DNA of 64,000 bases from Candidatus Pacebacteria bacterium CG_4_10_14_3_um_filter_34_15. Its GTDB lineage: Bacteria > Patescibacteriota > Microgenomatia > UBA1400 > PJMF01. Below are positions 58,689 through 64,000 of the stretch, one piece after another. Numbering within the stretch: position 1 is the first letter of the stretch; the number at the start of each line of letters is the position of its first letter. The translations under genes were made by a program, and so were the position numbers. The DNA lies in the NCBI GenBank assembly GCA_002783105.1, contig PFJN01000016.1, positions 15,034 through 79,033 on the forward strand. Reading direction: 5' to 3'. Under the pieces are notes generated by a model. That model worked only from the letters and a program-made list of their open reading frames with translations, was not told the origin of the DNA and did no database searches.

Positions 58689-60368
58689 TTATTGGAGATT
58701 AATCAGAGAATTTTGTTCTAGTAGAAATTGAGTAATAAAGGAGTCTTTTTTAATTGTGTACGGAGTTGCAGGAAGACCTGGCTGTTTTTGAATGTAAATT
58801 TGATTTTCATTTTGTTGGTTATTGGTTAGATAAATTTCCAGCACAGAATTTTCCTGTTCCATAAGCGTGATAATAAAACCAATTTCTTTAAATTCTTCAT
58901 TCTTTGAATTTTTAATAGTGGTTTCATGCCAATCAACAATCAGCGAGTCATTATATTTAATGTATTCTAAATTCTGTTCTTGTTTTAAGAATATTCTTTG
59001 ATAATTTACGTATCCAAGGTGATTGGCTTTATTACTATTATTAGATTCATTAACATTTTCAATTTCATCACCCATTAATTCAGATAAATTTGAAATCATT
59101 GGTGATAAGTTGTTATTTTTAAAATTAACAGTTATTAAAGTTTCATTGTTTTTTTTATCGATAAAAACCTCTCTAGTAATATTTTTATTTGCTTTATTTA
59201 TTCCGACATTTGATTCTACTAGAAAGAGATAATCTGCATTTTTTTTAAAACCAAGTTCTTGTCTAAAACTATATTTTGAAAATATTTTGTCTATCTCATC
59301 GACATTTGAATAAAGTTGAATATTATTATAAGCAAATTGATTTATAGTTTCTTGAAGAATATTAATTTTCGATTTTTCGTCAAGATTACTAATCTTAATT
59401 TGTAACTGTGTTAGTAGTTGAGAAAGAATGTGTTTTTTTTCTGTACTTCCAGGAAAGAAGGTGCCTCTTCTTGATCTAAGTACTTCAGTGATATTATTTC
59501 TGTCGACAATCGTATTATAATCTTTAAGTGTAATTCTGCCGGTAATTGATAAAATTAGTTTTGCATAATCTGGATTAACAGCAATAAGAGTAGTGACATT
59601 CTTTTTATTTCCAAGTGCAAAAAATTGCAATATTTGTTCAGCACTTGTTGGAAAATCTGGATTCCAATTGGCGTTTGGTAGTCTCAAACCTTTACTATCA
59701 CTTAGATATTCTTTAACACCGCTTGGAGCTTCGATGAATCCTTCAAACTGTCCGTCTGCATCGTATATATCCTCGGTTACAATTTCTGTAACTTTTCCAT
59801 TGACGATATCTAAAACAGCATAAGAGCCCATAAAACCACCAGTTGCTCGAATTTCATCCGAGTTCTGAAAAACTATAATAATTTTTTGGTCCTGATTTGA
59901 AAAGCTATCTAAAAATTTTATCATATCAGGCAAAGATTCAGAAAATTGATGAAACTTTTGAAGTTTTTCTTCACTAATTATTTTGTTTGCAATTTTTGAT
60001 TGATTAATTTGATTGTCAATAATTTGAATTTTTTGTTCTAGATCAATCAAAGTAATTTTTAAACCTGAAATATCAAAAATATAGTTGTTTTTGTGATTTA
60101 AGTTGCTGGCTGAGATTAGGGTGTCAGTATAAGAGGGAATATCACTGATCAAATATAATGAATTTTTAAATAATTCAAGGTCAGTATTGTTAGAAAAAGT
60201 AATTTTTGAGAGAGGCTCAATAATATAAAGGCATTTTAGAGCAGTTTCTCTTGCTTCTGGAAAATTTCCATTATTTAATTGGTTGAATGTGCGTGTGACT
60301 AAGAAAATCAGAATTGCAAAAACTGTTGCAGAAATTATCCCTAATAATATTAAGATTCTTTTCCACAT
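58689..60368 (-). CDS. hypothetical N-terminally anchored extracytoplasmic protein (DUF4012-like)
   Basis: It is 559 aa with an N-terminal TM helix (ILILLGIISATVFAILIFLV) and a large Asn/Ile-rich extracytoplasmic domain. Confidence 0.4.
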   Translation of the reverse strand: MWKRILILLGIISATVFAILIFLVTRTFNQLNNGNFPEARETALKCLYIIEPLSKITFSNNTDLELFKNSLYLISDIPSYTDTLISASNLNHKNNYIFDISGLKITLIDLEQKIQIIDNQINQSKIANKIISEEKLQKFHQFSESLPDMIKFLDSFSNQDQKIIIVFQNSDEIRATGGFMGSYAVLDIVNGKVTEIVTEDIYDADGQFEGFIEAPSGVKEYLSDSKGLRLPNANWNPDFPTSAEQILQFFALGNKKNVTTLIAVNPDYAKLILSITGRITLKDYNTIVDRNNITEVLRSRRGTFFPGSTEKKHILSQLLTQLQIKISNLDEKSKINILQETINQFAYNNIQLYSNVDEIDKIFSKYSFRQELGFKKNADYLFLVESNVGINKANKNITREVFIDKKNNETLITVNFKNNNLSPMISNLSELMGDEIENVNESNNSNKANHLGYVNYQRIFLKQEQNLEYIKYNDSLIVDWHETTIKNSKNEEFKEIGFIITLMEQENSVLEIYLTNNQQNENQIYIQKQPGLPATPYTIKKDSFITQFLLEQNSLINLQ

Positions 60369-60384
60369 TAATTATCTCATTCTA

Positions 60385-61083
60385 CTATCTGTAGCTTGCT
60401 TTGATGATCTTGTCACCGACTTCAATAGATTCTAGGACGTCCATACCTTCGACCAATTTTCCAAAAACTGCATGCTTCCCATCTAGGTGAGGTTGTGGGG
60501 CATATGTAATAAATATTTGACTACCACCGGTGTTTGGTCCTGAGTTAGCCATTGAAAGAATTCCAGCCGAATCATGTTTTAGTGTAGAATCGAATTCATC
60601 CATTATCTTATATCCTGGATCTCCCGTTCCCCAAATATTCTCGTTTCCTGCTATTTTTGTGAAAGGGTCACCGACTTGGGCCATAAATCCAGGGATGACT
60701 CTATGAAAAATAATTCCATCATAAAAACCGCTATCTATTAAGTCTAAGAAATTTGCTGTTGTAAGAGGTGTTTTGTCTCTATATAGATCAATGACTAGAG
60801 TACCTTTAGTTGTCTCAAAAACTGCTTGAGTGGCATCAATTTTTTTGAAATCTTCGATTGTTTTGTATTGTTTGTTTGGCATTGGCGAGGTTGTTTCCTT
60901 ATTAGTTAATTTAGTATCTGTCAATTCTATACCTGAATCATTATTATTTGGATCAAAATTTATTTTAATATCTTCTGGTAAATCTTTTGAAGTGTCAGCA
61001 TCTTCTGGGTTGGTACATCCGGAAAATAATATTGTAGTTGAAATCAGAAGGGTTGTAAGAGCAATTATTCGTGAGTTTTTCAT
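60385..61083 (-). CDS. peptidyl-prolyl cis-trans isomerase, cyclophilin type, lipoprotein
   Basis: It has a lipobox, LFSGC, after the MKNSRIIALTTLLISTTI signal, and the cyclophilin signature FHRVIPGFMAQVGD. The ATG at 61081-61083 is preferred over the track's 61278 start, which would add 65 non-homologous residues. Confidence 0.8.
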   Translation of the reverse strand: MKNSRIIALTTLLISTTILFSGCTNPEDADTSKDLPEDIKINFDPNNNDSGIELTDTKLTNKETTSPMPNKQYKTIEDFKKIDATQAVFETTKGTLVIDLYRDKTPLTTANFLDLIDSGFYDGIIFHRVIPGFMAQVGDPFTKIAGNENIWGTGDPGYKIMDEFDSTLKHDSAGILSMANSGPNTGGSQIFITYAPQPHLDGKHAVFGKLVEGMDVLESIEVGDKIIKASYR

Positions 61084-61222
61084 ATATTTGTTAGTATACT
61101 TAAGAATCAAAGAGATGCAACTTTTAAATTGAAAAGTAGAACTGAAACTGCTAAAACACTCAAAATATACTACAATTGACTCAAGAATGTATTCTAAACA
61201 AAGATTGGTCTCAAAATAAACG

Positions 61223-61966
61223 ATGAAAACAATATTTATACTCCATGGTTGGGCTGTTAGAGGAGCTGAGGAAAACAAAAAAATGTGGCAACCATTTATA
61301 GACGAGTTGGAATCGAGTGGTTTGCAAGTAATTTTTCTAAAAATTCCTGGACTTTCAGCACCGTTAAATGAAGTTTGGAATATGGATAACTATTTATCTT
61401 GGCTTGATAGTGAGATCGATAAAAAACTTGGTAACAGCAAAGTCATTTTATTAGGGCATTCTTTTGGTGGACATTTGGCTATTAGATATGTAGCTCAAAA
61501 TCCCAAAAAAATTGGAGAACTAATCTTAGTGGATAGTTCTGGAATCAGAGACATGGCTTCAAAAGCAGTTATTAAAAGAACTATTTTCTTAATACTTGCA
61601 AAAGTTGGTAAAGTTTTTTTTAAGTCTGAATTTTTTAGAAACATTATTTACAAGTTTGCTAGAGAAACTGATTATAGAAATGCTCCGCCTTTATTAAGAA
61701 GAACGATGTCTAAAATTTTGGACGATGAAATTCTTAATGATTTGTCAAAAGTTAATTGTCCTACAAAAATAATTTGGGGAGAGAATGATTTAACTACTCC
61801 GGTTAAGCATGCTAGAAAAATGCATCAGTTAATTGTTAATAGTGAACTTGTTTTTATTAAAGAAGGCAGGCATTCACCTCAATTCACTCATTCAAAAGAA
61901 ACTGCAAAATTAGTCAATGATTTTATTTTAAAAAATACTGGTTGTGAAACTGAAGGGAATAAATGA
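61223..61966 (+). CDS. alpha/beta hydrolase fold protein
   Basis: It has a GHSFGG nucleophile elbow and is 247 aa. Confidence 0.7.
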   Translation: MKTIFILHGWAVRGAEENKKMWQPFIDELESSGLQVIFLKIPGLSAPLNEVWNMDNYLSWLDSEIDKKLGNSKVILLGHSFGGHLAIRYVAQNPKKIGELILVDSSGIRDMASKAVIKRTIFLILAKVGKVFFKSEFFRNIIYKFARETDYRNAPPLLRRTMSKILDDEILNDLSKVNCPTKIIWGENDLTTPVKHARKMHQLIVNSELVFIKEGRHSPQFTHSKETAKLVNDFILKNTGCETEGNK

Positions 61967-63468
61967 AAACTCTTTCAATACTAGCAATCTTTTTTACATC
62001 ATTTTTTATTAGAGCGTTAAGATGGTTGGCGGTTGTTCAACAAAAAGAATATCGCATCGATAGATTAATTCTATTTATAAAATCTGACGAAGGCAAAAAA
62101 GAGCTGTTCAGAATATTTCCTCAAAAAAAAGATTTTTCAAGAACTGGCTTAAAGCGACCTAAAATAACTTCGCGAATATTAATTGTTACAATTATATTTA
62201 TAATCTTGTTTTCATTTTTAGTGACATGTTTAGTTGTAAAAAGTTTTGTATTTGGGAGTCTAGTTTTTATACTTTACATATTATTGGGTTTATTAATTTA
62301 TTTAATAATCACGCCAATATTAGTAATGATTTCAATTTTGCCGACAACTTTAATTGCTTTATTTAGAGTTTGGCTAGAATTATTATCCGCAAAAGCAAAA
62401 GTTAAAAAAATAAAACCAAATATCATTGGGATTACTGGAAGTTATGGAAAGACTTCTACAAAATTACTTTTAGCAACGGTTTTAGAAAAAAAATATAATG
62501 TTTTTAAAACTCCTAAATCATTTAATACTAAATTTTCTGTTGCTCAAAGTATCAATAAAGGATTTAAAAATCAAGAAATAATGATTCTTGAATATGGGGC
62601 CTACAAAAAAGGTGAGATAAAGACACTAGCATCGTGGTTTAAGCCGAATATGGCCATTATCACGGGTTTAGCGAAGCAACATCTGGGGTTATTTGGCAAT
62701 ATCGAAGCAATTATTGAAGCTAAATCTGAGCTAGTTAAATCTTTAGCTTCCGGTTCAGTTGTGATTTGGAACGGGAATGACAAAGGTGCTAAGAGAATTT
62801 GTGAAAAAGGAATAAGTGAAGATTCAATTTCAAAAGGCAATCTCGAAATTCTTGAAGCAAAAATCGATAACAAAAATTCCGTTACAATGAAGGCTCACTT
62901 AAACAAAGTTGGAAAACTTCAATTTGTTTTTGCTGGCCAGCAAGTTAATACTAATTTGCTAGGAATGCATTATCTCGAAATAATTGTAATGGTTATTTTA
63001 GTAGCTAAAAAGCTTGAAGTGAGTGACAAGGATATTGTTGAGGCAATTTCAAAATTTGTTCCTGACGACAAATTTATTTATTCATACAGCACAAAGACGG
63101 GAAGTTTAATAATTGACGATGGTGGATCAAGCAACTTAAATGGATTTGTTGCTGCAATTAACTTAGCTGCCCATATTAAGCATCCAAAAAAAGTTCTCAT
63201 TACTTCGGGAATTGTTGATTTGGGAAATGAATCAAACAGTATTCATACTGAATTAGCCAAAAAAGCATTTGAAATCTTCGACACAGTTTTTTATGTTGGA
63301 GAATCGGGGATTAAGCAATTTCAAAGCGTGTTTAAAGATAGGCTTTTTAGTGCTGAATCTGCAAGCGATCAAACTAGAATTATAAACTTTTTGTTAAACT
63401 TGACTTATTATGAGATGATTCTTATTGAGGGCAGAATACCTGGTTGGATAAAAAAATATTTAAAATAA
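61963..63468 (+). CDS. Mur ligase family protein (MurF-like) with N-terminal multi-TM domain
   Basis: Residues 1-130 carry about 3 TM helices. These are followed by GITGSYGKTSTK (the Mur ligase P-loop), an ITGLAKQHLGLFGNIEAI motif, and IIDDGGSSNLNGF, which resembles MurF IDDSYNANP. Confidence 0.6.
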   Translation: MKTLSILAIFFTSFFIRALRWLAVVQQKEYRIDRLILFIKSDEGKKELFRIFPQKKDFSRTGLKRPKITSRILIVTIIFIILFSFLVTCLVVKSFVFGSLVFILYILLGLLIYLIITPILVMISILPTTLIALFRVWLELLSAKAKVKKIKPNIIGITGSYGKTSTKLLLATVLEKKYNVFKTPKSFNTKFSVAQSINKGFKNQEIMILEYGAYKKGEIKTLASWFKPNMAIITGLAKQHLGLFGNIEAIIEAKSELVKSLASGSVVIWNGNDKGAKRICEKGISEDSISKGNLEILEAKIDNKNSVTMKAHLNKVGKLQFVFAGQQVNTNLLGMHYLEIIVMVILVAKKLEVSDKDIVEAISKFVPDDKFIYSYSTKTGSLIIDDGGSSNLNGFVAAINLAAHIKHPKKVLITSGIVDLGNESNSIHTELAKKAFEIFDTVFYVGESGIKQFQSVFKDRLFSAESASDQTRIINFLLNLTYYEMILIEGRIPGWIKKYLK

Positions 63469-64000
63469 TATGAACTCAATTTTTAACAGCTTAGGTTCAA
63501 ATTATTCTTTCAATTTTGTGATGCTTGCACTGAAACAAATTATTTCCGATAGTGATGATAATAATAGTATTGATGAACTACATAAATATTTAGAAAAAAC
63601 ATACAATGGAAATTCATATTTATTTTATAAGGGAAGGGATGCAATAGAGTTTTCTTTAAGGATTTTACTTTCAGAAAATGAGAAAGATTCAAATATTAAA
63701 GGAAAAGTCTTAACGCAAGCATTTAGTTGCTTCGCAGTCGAAGAGGGAATTAAAAGAGCTGGTGCAACTCCTGTATATGTTGATATTGATTCATACTCAA
63801 CCAACATGGCTGTTGAAACTTTGAATAAGGCATTCGCAAAAAACCCTGACTCAAAAGTAGTTCTTGTTCAGCATAGCTTGGGAATTCCGGTAGATATTGT
63901 TAGCATCAAAAAATGGTGTAAACAAAATAAGTTATTATTAATTGAGGATTTAGCTCAAGGAATTGGTGGCGTTGATTCAGTTGGAGAACACTTAGGTAAA
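63469..64000 (+). CDS. DegT/DnrJ/EryC1/StrS-family PLP-dependent aminotransferase (N-terminal part; 3' end outside window)
   Basis: It is open from the ATG at 63469 to the window end, and contains ..GKVLTQAFSCFAVEEGIKRAGATPVYVDID.. and ..LLLIEDLAQGIGG... Confidence 0.55.

Noticed and set aside
60385-61278. 297-aa version of the cyclophilin ORF starting at 61278
   Set aside because: The first 65 residues are hydrophobic junk with no homology and would overlap the divergent hydrolase gene start. The internal Met at 61083 gives a proper lipoprotein signal (LFSGC) followed by the cyclophilin domain.
1-64000. Search for tRNA, rRNA, tmRNA and CRISPR arrays
   Set aside because: No cloverleaf-compatible GGTTCGAATCC-type T-arm, no rRNA-like conserved blocks and no regularly spaced direct repeats were seen in any intergenic spacer. 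Intergenic space is small overall.

Overview
This 64-kb window is AT-rich (roughly 35% GC) and densely coding. Its core, about 19.3 to 47.6 kb on the + strand, is a nearly uninterrupted information-processing supercluster:

- rpoB, rpoC;
- the str operon (rpsL, rpsG, fusA, tuf);
- the S10, spc and alpha operons from rpsJ through rplQ, including secY, adk, map, infA, an unlisted rpmJ and rpoA;
- rplM-rpsI appended at the end.

r-protein L30 is absent between rpsE and rplO, and several r-proteins carry terminal extensions (L17 with a lysine/alanine repeat tail, S9, L22, S5, L3). Together with the small-genome style gene content, these features are typical of Candidate Phyla Radiation (Patescibacteria) genomes. 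Release factor RF2 (SPF motif, no frameshift) and the RF methyltransferase PrmC are both present, so the standard genetic code is expected.

Flanking regions carry:

- korAB-like 2-oxoacid:ferredoxin oxidoreductase genes;
- a P2-type cation ATPase;
- a stand-alone Cas4-like PD-(D/E)XK nuclease;
- a citryl-CoA-lyase-like protein;
- DedA, NUDIX, a CobW-type GTPase, a membrane thioredoxin-like protein, RodZ-like, alaS, a large membrane protein followed by a sortase, ruvX and mltG.

On the minus strand downstream there are two clusters:

- an ABC-2 transporter with one ATPase flanked by four paralogous permeases;
- a cell-envelope cluster: prfB, a hypothetical membrane protein, ftsE, ftsX, a PcsB/CwlO-like secreted coiled-coil cysteine-peptidase, a protein with two lamin-tail domains, and a VanZ-like protein. 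Downstream of these lie a small HU-family DNA-binding protein gene, a cyclophilin lipoprotein, an alpha/beta hydrolase, a MurF-like Mur ligase with an unusual N-terminal membrane domain, and a DegT-family aminotransferase.

I found no tRNA, rRNA or CRISPR array.

Non-coding observations:

- an intergenic element before ruvX with 21-bp perfect inverted repeats embedded in long palindromes;
- a recurring CCCTRAAGGG mini-hairpin immediately upstream of several r-protein start codons;
- candidate promoters and terminators around rpoB, rpsL and rpsJ.

All function calls rest on motifs read by eye from the translations; no database search was run.
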